Below, piece by piece: positions 32,060 through 41,611 of a stretch of DNA of 64,000 nucleotides. Below the pieces are notes generated by a model that worked only from the letters and a program-made list of their open reading frames with translations, was not told the DNA's origin and did no database searches. Location: assembly GCF_053078305.1 (NCBI RefSeq), contig NZ_CP166879.1; one strand, written 5' to 3'. The position numbers and the translations under genes were made by a program. How positions within the stretch are numbered: position 1 is the stretch's first letter; the number at the start of each line of letters is the position of its first letter.

Positions 32060-33658
32060 ATGGTAACTCGGACAATGCAACAAAAGTATCAGTATGATCG
32101 TGTTTTATCCGGCGAACTCCACCCATTCCCTGGCATATACGAGGCGGTTTCCGAACAAATCCTTTTGCTCATTTTTAAAGCACGTCAACTATATCAGGAT
32201 CCAGAATATCGCCCCTGGTTTGAAGAACAGCACAGAGTACTCTCTGCATTACGTGCCAATACAGAGCTCCTGAGAATCTTTAGAGAACAAAGAAGCGCTG
32301 AAGAACCAAAGCTTACTATTGAAGAGTCTACCTCCCCCCAACCCACTCCTTCTGCTCTTACAGATGCGCTTAATGTGATGTGCCATTTATACAATGGTTT
32401 TGATGAAGGAAATATCAGTCTGAAAACCTGGGGGGCGATGCAAGAGGTACAGACAACATCAACCTTTATCAGCCCAGGACCGAGAACCTGGAAAACACCT
32501 GAACTGGCAAAGTTTGTAGGAGATGATTTATTTAATATTCTGACTGAATGTAAGGCCTGGAGTTCACCAATTCCAGCAGAAACCCGACAGGGGTATTGCC
32601 ATCAGGATCTGTCTGTTGCACACTCCTGCACCTCAGAGTTACTGGCACACCTGAATCAATATCATGAAATTGATGAATCAGCAATACTTGCCAGAGTTAT
32701 TGGTATAACAGTTAACGGATTCTACAAGAAAAATAATACAGACCTTCCAGAATGGCTATCCCCCTTTAAAGAGGAACATAAAATATTCAGAGATTGTCCG
32801 GAGCAAAATACCGGGGATGTAATCAGACGGAAAGAACAACTGTTGAAAACAGGACGTACAGAATTCGTGAATAATTTGTGTCGGGTCGCCAACTGGTATG
32901 AAATTGAGTCAATATACGATGAATACGTCCGTCTTTATGCCAATGAAATCATTGACTGGTTCAACAAAACCATGAAGTATTTTAAACCAACAGATTTTAT
33001 CCGATATACATGGAAATTCGCAACAGTTACTCCGGATAAAGATACAGAAACCGGGCATACAACTGCATGGGAAAAGGATTATTGCCAGATAACCATACAA
33101 CGTGATGAACTTCTGAGGTTGATTCACACCAATACCCTTCAGGATGCAGTAATTTATCTTTGTCATTGTCTGCAGAAGGAATACAAGAAATCATCCCAAA
33201 ATGAGATAGAGTTCCCAGGAATAAAACCTCCGACATCAGAGAGTAAAATTAATATAACAAATAATATTAAATTTCATTCTCTCCTGGAGCTCAGTAAAGA
33301 TAATGAGAAGCGTCTGGAAACATTTCAAAAATGGTATGAAAAAAATAAAGTTTTGTTAGAAAGTCATAAACAAAAACGAACAGAGAAGATTGACGTTGCC
33401 GTACGACTTGTAGGGCTGAAAGCCTATGATCTGCATGAAGGGATTCCGGATAGTCCAAAACGAAAAGTTAAAGATGGCATAAATGAAGACATCAAAGCCG
33501 ATACCAGTTTACGCCTGTCAAAGACAAATATAAGTGATACGTCGCTAAACCGTTATCGCCGCACTGTTAAGGAGATTATCAATAACGAAATTGACGCATT
33601 CCTGTTGGAACAGAAGAAAAAAATAAAAGATTTCCCTACAGTGAAGATAGAGATGTGA
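32060..33658 (+). CDS. hypothetical protein, 532 aa, no recognisable domain
   Basis: Long clean ORF in low-GC DNA; hydrophilic, Lys/Glu-rich C-terminal region; no motif I can place. Confidence 0.5.
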   Translation: MVTRTMQQKYQYDRVLSGELHPFPGIYEAVSEQILLLIFKARQLYQDPEYRPWFEEQHRVLSALRANTELLRIFREQRSAEEPKLTIEESTSPQPTPSALTDALNVMCHLYNGFDEGNISLKTWGAMQEVQTTSTFISPGPRTWKTPELAKFVGDDLFNILTECKAWSSPIPAETRQGYCHQDLSVAHSCTSELLAHLNQYHEIDESAILARVIGITVNGFYKKNNTDLPEWLSPFKEEHKIFRDCPEQNTGDVIRRKEQLLKTGRTEFVNNLCRVANWYEIESIYDEYVRLYANEIIDWFNKTMKYFKPTDFIRYTWKFATVTPDKDTETGHTTAWEKDYCQITIQRDELLRLIHTNTLQDAVIYLCHCLQKEYKKSSQNEIEFPGIKPPTSESKINITNNIKFHSLLELSKDNEKRLETFQKWYEKNKVLLESHKQKRTEKIDVAVRLVGLKAYDLHEGIPDSPKRKVKDGINEDIKADTSLRLSKTNISDTSLNRYRRTVKEIINNEIDAFLLEQKKKIKDFPTVKIEM

Positions 33659-33782
33659 TTCGACCTTTATGGGGAAAATGCCTGACCGGGCAGTAGATCA
33701 CAGATGGGATAACATCCCGGTTATCCCCTGTTTGTTCTGCTTCAGGTTGCCAGAGCTCCAGGAACACGCGGCAATCGGCAAA

Positions 33783-34379
33783 TTATGCGGCTTTTCCATT
33801 AACAGATTCGGCCACAAGAACAACACCGTGTTTGTTTCGATCAGGATGTTCACTCCAGATTTCTGATTCAGGAATACTTTCCCCATCATAGCAGATCCGA
33901 TCACCATCAAACGGATAATACCGTGCGGAATCTGTATCTAAGATAAACACCTTAAGATTCGTTGAACGACGCGCTATATGCTGCCAGAGGGCTTTACCTC
34001 CTTCATATTGCTCGTTATCACTTAATAGTATAACGCCTGCTTTTGTGGCTATTGTTTCATAAACAAACGTAGCAAGGCTAACATCACGTACAGCGCCATC
34101 GACAACAATCCCTTCAATCTGAGCAACGTCCTGTTCTTCCCAGAATTTCCGGACAAACACCCCTTCAAGCTGTGAACGACGCTGAAGCTCCAGAGTGGCA
34201 ACAACCTTATGGCGAATATCACCATCAATAACAGAAGGTGCAGCTTCGATTACCGCAGCGAACGGAGTCTTTGGATCCCAGATGATCTGGTAAAGCACAC
34301 CCTGAATAGTTACTCCATCCAGTATCGAAAAACGACGAGCTACAGTAGCAGGGGAGTAAGACATTGGAATGACAGCCAT
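33783..34379 (-). CDS. hypothetical protein, 198 aa
   Basis: ORF convergent with the 532-aa ORF; no family recognised. Confidence 0.45.
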   Translation of the reverse strand: MAVIPMSYSPATVARRFSILDGVTIQGVLYQIIWDPKTPFAAVIEAAPSVIDGDIRHKVVATLELQRRSQLEGVFVRKFWEEQDVAQIEGIVVDGAVRDVSLATFVYETIATKAGVILLSDNEQYEGGKALWQHIARRSTNLKVFILDTDSARYYPFDGDRICYDGESIPESEIWSEHPDRNKHGVVLVAESVNGKAA

Positions 34380-35526
34380 TTTATGACCTAAAATTTGAAA
34401 ACATCAGTATCAATACTGACCTCATCAGTCTGAGCATATATTGATAAAGTTTTTATGTTTACACTCAATAAATACCTTGCCAAACAACTAATAGCGATGT
34501 CTACATTGCCATTCGACATGCTTACAATTTTTGTCAACAAGAAAGTGAATTTATATCAACGGTAAGAAGTAAACACGAGGACACCAAAACCAAATGTACA
34601 CACTTTTGTGCTTTGTGTCCCCTGTGTGTACCCAAATGACAAACTGCAAGAAAATCTAGGCACACACTTATCTAACTTATTGATTTAAATGGTGCGATAA
34701 TAGGAATAAAACAAAAGATAAAAATCAATTGATATTTAACAATTTTTTATTGTTGTGTTTTCAATGATACCCCCAAAAGTACCCCCAAATAATTTTATTC
34801 CCTGTCAAAAACTGATAAATGCTCTCAGATATGAGCATTCCTATAGAGGGTTATATCCAGCAAAAAACATGATCCAGTAAAACATCTCGTCGACCAGTTG
34901 CATGGCACGCTCTGTTTTATCCGGGTGCACGGCGTGATTCTGCCCATGCATTACAATCGCCCTGAAGACTTCACATGTATTACTCACTAATTGTGTATCT
35001 TCTTGTGACGTTGGAGTCAACCGTAGTGTTATCGCGCTACGTTTTTTGGCTCCAGCTATAGTACTGCACTTTTTGAGTAGTGACCTACATTTTTCATGCC
35101 GTGTTCCCCTATCCCCGCCCTCTCATCCGCACATCGAATTTCAAGCCTCCTGCAAACCTGCATGACGCTTTCTGGAATATTGCGCCAGCGTTCAATTTAT
35201 CCCCGTTTCTGCGGATGTCTGACCGTGAGCGGCGGTGACTGGTTAACGACGTTATGCAGATACACCTGCACTTAAAAGATAACCGTAGGGATGTGACGAA
35301 ACTTTTGTAGGCTCAGTTTCGGGAGGGGGAACAATAGTCATTATGACCATTCAACCACCAACCAATATCCATGATTCTCTCCCGAATTAGTGATACACCT
35401 TTACCCCTGAGCTCTTCTCAAACAAAGGCTTTATGAAATGTATTTACAAACATCCGGACAGGGGACTGATACACTTTCATTTGCCCCCTCCCCGGCCGAC
35501 TCTTCCTTCTTACAGATTCTGAATAA

Positions 35527-36927
35527 TTATTGTTCGAACTTCGGAGCAATCAGATTATCAAGATTGAATGTCTTCTCCCATTCTTCCTGTGTGAGTAGCT
35601 TACGTTCGACAACCACTATCTGATGGAGGGATTTACCTGTATGGTATGCTTCGTGCGCCATTTCAGAACACACCTTATATCCCAGATGTGGCTTCAGGAG
35701 AGTCACAATACCGCAGGAATGCATTACCATCTCTGCAGTTCGATCGGAATTGGCTGTAATGCCATCAATGCATTTAGTACGGAGTGTGTTGCAGGCATTC
35801 GTCATCACCTTGAGTGAGGTGAACAGCGCAAAAGTGATAACCGGCTCCATAACGTTAAGCTCAAGCTGACCTGCGGATGCCGCCAGCATCACTGTGGTGT
35901 CCAGCCCCTGAACCAGGAAGCAAGACTGGTTTGTTACTTCCGGGATAACAGGGTTAACCTTACCAGGCATAATGGAAGAACCCGGTTGTAACTGAGGCAG
36001 GTTAATTTCAGCCAGTCCGCAACGGGGACCTGAAGCAAGCAACCGAATGTCATTACAAACCTTGGTAAGCTTCACAGAGAGGCTCTTCATGGCCGAACTA
36101 AGTGCAACGTATGCACCACAGTCGCTTGTGGCAGCGATGAGATCTTCACTGTTCCTGAAATTAATACCTGTGAACTGGGCCAGGTATTTCACGGCTAAAG
36201 CGGGATAATCCGGGTGAGCAGTAACACAGGTACCAATCGCAGTAGCACCAAGGTTTACAACCCGCAGGTGTTCCTGCGCATTGCGGATGACCCGAATTTC
36301 ATCATTAATTGTAAAACCCCAGCCATGAAACTCCTGACCGAGGGTCATTGGCACTGCATCCTGCAGATGAGTGCGTCCCATCTTGAGTACTCTGCTGAAT
36401 TCGTCAGCCTTTTTGTAGAATGCCCCAACAAGGTGTTCAACAGCCTCAAGCAATACATTGCTTCGCAGCAGCAATGCCAGATGTAATGCTGTCGGATATG
36501 TATCATTGGTGGACTGACCAAAATTAGCATGGTCGTTTGGCGAAACGCGTTTGTAATCCCCTTTAACGCTACCAAGTTTTTCTGCAGCAAGATTACAAAT
36601 CACTTCATTGCAGTTCATATTGGTTGACGTTCCGGCTCCTCCCTGAAGCCAGTCGGTCACAAACTGTTCCCGGTACTTACCATCAATTAATTGGTCGCAA
36701 GCCCAGATTAAAGCATCCGCAACATCAGCAGGAATTGTACCTAACTCCTTATTAGCCATCGCAGCTGCTTTTTTCACATAACCGAAGGCAATGATGAAGA
36801 AGGGCTCCTGACTCATTGGCATTTCAGTAATATGGAAATTATCCTCACCACGAAGTGTCTGAACACCATAATAGCAATCATCCGGAACTTCACGCTCACC
36901 AAGGAAATCACTTTCAGTACGAGACAT
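35527..36927 (-). CDS. aspartate ammonia-lyase family enzyme (aspartase/fumarase class II fold)
   Basis: 466 aa; signature GSSIMPGKVNPV and the TNDTYPTA region; about half-identical to AspA by eye. Confidence 0.85.
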   Translation of the reverse strand: MSRTESDFLGEREVPDDCYYGVQTLRGEDNFHITEMPMSQEPFFIIAFGYVKKAAAMANKELGTIPADVADALIWACDQLIDGKYREQFVTDWLQGGAGTSTNMNCNEVICNLAAEKLGSVKGDYKRVSPNDHANFGQSTNDTYPTALHLALLLRSNVLLEAVEHLVGAFYKKADEFSRVLKMGRTHLQDAVPMTLGQEFHGWGFTINDEIRVIRNAQEHLRVVNLGATAIGTCVTAHPDYPALAVKYLAQFTGINFRNSEDLIAATSDCGAYVALSSAMKSLSVKLTKVCNDIRLLASGPRCGLAEINLPQLQPGSSIMPGKVNPVIPEVTNQSCFLVQGLDTTVMLAASAGQLELNVMEPVITFALFTSLKVMTNACNTLRTKCIDGITANSDRTAEMVMHSCGIVTLLKPHLGYKVCSEMAHEAYHTGKSLHQIVVVERKLLTQEEWEKTFNLDNLIAPKFEQ

Positions 36928-37163
36928 AATTTTCTAACTCCATTTTTCAAAAACAACGATTATAATTATGAATTGTTTAACCGGAACTATGCTCTCGGAA
37001 TTTGAACTCTCAACTTCATTGAATAAGAACCTCGATAACATGTGATTTCAATCTGTCAGAATTCTTCTGACAGTCAGTAACTGAATGCAAATTAACTGCC
37101 TGACTAATTATCAAATAGTAACTCTGTAACTACTTCCATAAAGAATGAAAAATTATGATTCTG

Positions 37164-38462
37164 TCAGACCACCATTGGTGCAATCACAAACCCAAATGTC
37201 ACTCCTGCAATAACACCTCCCAACCCGGGTAGCATAAATGGGTGATTTAATACATATTTGCCCACACGGGTTGTACCGGTAGTATCAAATTCCATCGCGG
37301 CCAGTGATGTTGGATACGTTGGAAGCACGAATACTCCCGTAACGGCAACATAAGATGCAAGAATTGCCCAGGTGGGTACATCAAGCGCCACAGCAAGCGG
37401 AATAATTAACGGCGTGGTCGCGCCTTGCGAGTAGAGCAGAGCACAAGTGCCAAAAAGAACCAGCGCCAACAACATCGGATAGGCCTGCAAAATATCGCCA
37501 GCAGTATCCTTAATCTCGGTTAAATGCGCATCAATAAAAGTAGTGCCTAAGGTTACAATGCCGAGAATCACCGCCAGCGAGCTCATCCCCGCACGAAATG
37601 TGGAGGTGAGAATAATGGCATCGGTAGCCGTCTTGCACAGCACCACCATCAGGCAGGCGGCAGAGAGCATACAGATAATAATAATATCGCGTGTTTCCAT
37701 CGGTTTGCCGATATCAAACCCCGGACGCAGTTGAGGGAAAGCGGCAAGAATAACAATGGCGACCGTCGCCAGCAGGAACAATCCTACGGAAAGCGTCGCA
37801 CCAGGTTTGATGCTGCTATTATTCTCGTATTTATGCACCAGTCCTTTTTGCAGACGCTCAAGATAGACCTCGTCATCCTGCAACTCACATCCTTGTCGGG
37901 AAGCAATAAAAGCGGCGACCATCGCGGCGGCAAAAGAGGTAGGAAGACATACCGACATCACCTCAATAAAACTGACGCCGTTAACCTCCATAATAGTGAG
38001 CATAGCAGCCATTGCGGCGCTGATCGGCGAACCAGAAATCGCTACCTGCGAAGCAACGACCGAACCGGCGAGCGTGCGGGAAGGACGAATACCTGACTCT
38101 TTCGCAACTTCAGCAATCACCGGCAGTGTGGAAAAAACAATAAATCCGGTACCGGCCATAATAGTCATTGACCAGGTAATAATCGGCGCGATGATGTTGA
38201 TATATTTCGGGTTACGACGCATAAAATTACCGGCGACGCGTACCAGATAATCCATTCCGCCTGCGGCCTGTAATGCTGAAGCCGCCACAACAACAGTCAT
38301 AATAATCAGGATCACGTCTACTGGCGGTGACCCCATAGGCAGACCAAATCCCAGAGTCAGGATAGCGAGTCCAAGCCCGCCACATAAACCAATACCGATC
38401 CCTCCCTGGCGAATACCAAAAAATATTGCGCCAAGTACTACGATAATTTCCAGCCAAACCAT
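37164..38462 (-). CDS. anaerobic C4-dicarboxylate transporter, DcuA/DcuB family
   Basis: 432 aa, polytopic membrane protein with Dcu-family character. Confidence 0.8.
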   Translation of the reverse strand: MVWLEIIVVLGAIFFGIRQGGIGIGLCGGLGLAILTLGFGLPMGSPPVDVILIIMTVVVAASALQAAGGMDYLVRVAGNFMRRNPKYINIIAPIITWSMTIMAGTGFIVFSTLPVIAEVAKESGIRPSRTLAGSVVASQVAISGSPISAAMAAMLTIMEVNGVSFIEVMSVCLPTSFAAAMVAAFIASRQGCELQDDEVYLERLQKGLVHKYENNSSIKPGATLSVGLFLLATVAIVILAAFPQLRPGFDIGKPMETRDIIIICMLSAACLMVVLCKTATDAIILTSTFRAGMSSLAVILGIVTLGTTFIDAHLTEIKDTAGDILQAYPMLLALVLFGTCALLYSQGATTPLIIPLAVALDVPTWAILASYVAVTGVFVLPTYPTSLAAMEFDTTGTTRVGKYVLNHPFMLPGLGGVIAGVTFGFVIAPMVV

Positions 38463-38528
38463 GATGTTCTCCGTTATAAATATAATTTTTTCTAAAAGTG
38501 AATGACTTTCTGGCTGCGATTAAAATGA

Positions 38529-39248
38529 TTATTGGGTTAGAATATGCTGTTTTCCGACACGATTTTCATACCATTTTATTCCGGCGCGAACGAGTGAAGC
38601 AGTTGAGTCAATATAATGAGAAGGCTGTGCTTTAACAGCTTCTGCCAGAATAACCGGAATTTCCGTACAACCAAGAACAAGAACTTCAGCGCCGCGAGAA
38701 AATAGTATTTCAGCCTGCTCGCTCATCAACTGTTGTGCATGCGTCATATCGCCAGCTTTCAAAGAATAAATACTTTCCATTACTTTTTTCTGACTGTCTG
38801 CATCGGGGCGGATACAGGTAAGTCCCAGCGACTCAATTCCTTTTTGGTATAATCCCATATACAGCGTAGCATTGGTGGCTAACAGGCCAATGCGGGTTTT
38901 ACCACAGTCGCGAACTTCATTGATCGTTGTCTCTACGATACTTAATATATCAATATGACAAGCATCTTTTAATTCTTTGAACCAGTAATGTGCGGTATTA
39001 CAGGGAATAACAATACATTCCGCCCCGGCATCTTCCAGTTTATGCATATAGTCACGCATAACAGGTAACGGCGAGCGCCCATGATGCATTAATGCATCGG
39101 TACGGTCAGGAATATTCGGAATAGAAGAAATAATTAATGGAATATGTTCCTGATCACGTTGTGCGGTGGTAAACGTCACAAATTTATTAAACAGATCGAC
39201 GGTAGCCGCCGGCCCCATTCCGCCGAGCACACCGATTAAACCTTTCAT
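38529..39248 (-). CDS. aspartate/glutamate racemase family protein (putative aspartate racemase)
   Basis: 239 aa; GVLGGMGPAAT N-terminus and the two catalytic-Cys contexts (CNTAH; GCTE). Confidence 0.8.
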   Translation of the reverse strand: MKGLIGVLGGMGPAATVDLFNKFVTFTTAQRDQEHIPLIISSIPNIPDRTDALMHHGRSPLPVMRDYMHKLEDAGAECIVIPCNTAHYWFKELKDACHIDILSIVETTINEVRDCGKTRIGLLATNATLYMGLYQKGIESLGLTCIRPDADSQKKVMESIYSLKAGDMTHAQQLMSEQAEILFSRGAEVLVLGCTEIPVILAEAVKAQPSHYIDSTASLVRAGIKWYENRVGKQHILTQ

Positions 39249-39601
39249 AATCTTTACCTCTCAGAACCTCAATAATAAATCTTAAATAACTACATCTCAT
39301 TTTTTAACAGTCTCCAATGGTTATGAGAAATGCAATGTTGTACAATGTAATGCAAGACTTGCATACTGTGGCTTTGTAATATATGAGCAATTTAGCATTG
39401 TGGCGTGAATACCTTTCATAATGATGAAAACAAACGCTTTTTGACGAGGTGTTAAACTTGTTTCGATACAAAAAATGAATGAATCATGCATAAAACGAAT
39501 AAGAAAATTTCAAATATGTTATCTGTAAACATTACTTTGATTTTCGGGGAAGTATCTTAACTAAGATTTGATAATAGTGGGATAATAGTGGGATTATAGA
39601 A

Positions 39602-40507
39602 ATGAAAAATATAGAGACAAAATGGTTATATGATTTTCTGGCGCTGGAAGCCTGTCGCAGTTTTTGTCAGGCAGCAAAAGAACGTAACCTTTCACAACCA
39701 GCATTCAGCAGAAGAATAAAGGCGTTAGAGTCAGCGATTGGTGTTGTTTTGTTCGATCGTACAACCTCACCTGTACAATTAACTGAAGAGGGTAGGCTTT
39801 TTCACTCCCAGACACGCAGTTTAGTGCAGCAGCTTGAATGCAATCTGAATGAATTAGGGGGGCTAAATTCATTCAATTTGCCCAATATTAAGATTGCAGC
39901 TGCTCACTCATTATCCCTCAGCATATTACCTAAACTGGTGTACTCACTCACTACCTTTGGCGGAGATTTTATCTATCATGTTGAGGCTATTGATGTTGTC
40001 CAAGCCGTAAATACATTACGAGAAGGGAAGAGTGACTTTGTTATTTCATTTCGAGATGAGGAGTTTATGCAATCGCCATTTTGCTACCTGAAACTGTTTG
40101 AGTCTGAGCTATATCCGGTATGTGCTGCTGATCAGCGGGGAAAACCAATTTTTGATATTACCCATTCACAGACCCCTTTGCTCAACTATACTCCAACTTC
40201 TTATATGGGCAGACTGGTTAATCATCATTTAGCAGAGTTAGGAGGGATATCCGGACACACAATTTTTGTATCTTCAATGAGTGAACTACTAAAAAATATG
40301 GCGCTCAATGGACTTGGTATTGCCTGGCTTCCACTCTGGTCAATTGCTGATGAGCTGAAGACCAAACGTCTTGTATGCCCGGGTTCAACTAAATGGACCG
40401 TGCCTATTCAGGCTTATATTTATCGTATGGATACTCGGCTGAATAAAACAGCTGAACACTTTTGGACGATTTTACGAAATAACATTGAAAAACTCAATGG
40501 TGAATAA
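39602..40507 (+). CDS. LysR-family transcriptional regulator, divergent from the racemase operon
   Basis: 301 aa; N-terminal LysR HTH (FCQAAKERNLSQPAFSRRIKALE) and substrate-binding domain. Confidence 0.85.
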   Translation: MKNIETKWLYDFLALEACRSFCQAAKERNLSQPAFSRRIKALESAIGVVLFDRTTSPVQLTEEGRLFHSQTRSLVQQLECNLNELGGLNSFNLPNIKIAAAHSLSLSILPKLVYSLTTFGGDFIYHVEAIDVVQAVNTLREGKSDFVISFRDEEFMQSPFCYLKLFESELYPVCAADQRGKPIFDITHSQTPLLNYTPTSYMGRLVNHHLAELGGISGHTIFVSSMSELLKNMALNGLGIAWLPLWSIADELKTKRLVCPGSTKWTVPIQAYIYRMDTRLNKTAEHFWTILRNNIEKLNGE

Positions 40508-40603
40508 CTAGAAACATCGGGGACAGTTTTCTTCAGGAAGGAGAATCTCAAGAAAGCTTGATATCAGTGATATATTACGTTAACGGAGCGCCGTATTGAC
40601 GCT

Positions 40604-40783
40604 TATTTATTGGTGAGAACTACGTTCCATAGCAGGAGTTCATCAACACGGTTGAAAGGCCATTCCTGCAGTACGCTCAGGATATGGCGCAGATCCGCCT
40701 CCGGATTGCTGATCAGCCCGTACAGTAGCGCACCACGCTCTCCACCGTGATCGTTGTCGAAGAACATGTAGATGATATGACCT
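40604..40783 (-). mobile_element. 3' fragment of an IS66-family transposase gene
   Basis: Translation ...FFDNDHGGERGALLYGLISNPEADLRHILSVLQEWPFNRVDELLLWN resembles the conserved C-terminus of IS66-family TnpC. Confidence 0.45.
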
Positions 40784-40830
40784 TTATATACTCACTATAG
40801 CATTGGTGGGATATTCCAGAGGAGGTCATC

Positions 40831-41607
40831 ATGCATTCGGAAAATATTGCGGCTTACGTCGGGCTGGATGTGCATAAAGAAACGTTGGAGGTTGCTATTG
40901 CTGCACCTGAACGGCTTGGCGAAGTTCATTATTATGGTACGATTAACAACGAAGCCCAGGCTGTACGTCGATTATTTCAGAAATTGCAGGGACTTTACGG
41001 AAACATTCTTTCCTGCTATGAGGCTGGCCCCTGTGGTTTTGGGCTGTATCATCAACTCACAGCGATGAATATAAAATGCCAGGTTATTGCCCCTTCCCGG
41101 ATACCAAAATCACCGACAGACAGAATCAAAAATGATCATCGGGACGCAATTTCTCTCGCCAGGTTACTGCGGGCTGGAGAACTTACCCCTGCCTGGATCC
41201 CTGACCTGACTCATGAAGCTATGCGGGATCTAATCAGAGCCCGTGCAGCAGCTAAACGAGACAGCAGAGTTGCCCGACAGCGAATTCTGAGCATGCTATT
41301 GCGAACAGACAAACATTATGCAGGAAAGCACTGGACAGGAAAACACCGAACCTGGTTAGCTAATCAATCATTTAGTCAGCCATCTCAACAGATTGCTTTT
41401 CAGCACTATTGTCAGAGTCTGGAGCAGATTGAAGATCGCATACAGAAAATTAATGGTCATACGGCTGTTATCACATTTGATCCCGATATTGAGATGTTTC
41501 GCAGTGAGTTTACAGGCCTGAATGGCGGAGCTGATTTTTACGCGCACAGCGTAGAGGAGTTTAAGCGCAAAGGGATTAAGTCACTTGAAATTGAACCGGC
41601 CCCTTGA
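40831..41607 (+). mobile_element. IS110/IS1111-family transposase gene, probably 3'-truncated
   Basis: 258-aa ORF beginning MHSENIAAYVGLDVHKETLEVAIA, typical of the IS110-family DEDD N-terminal domain; ends where the IS3-family element starts. Confidence 0.55.
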
Positions 41608-41611
41608 AACG

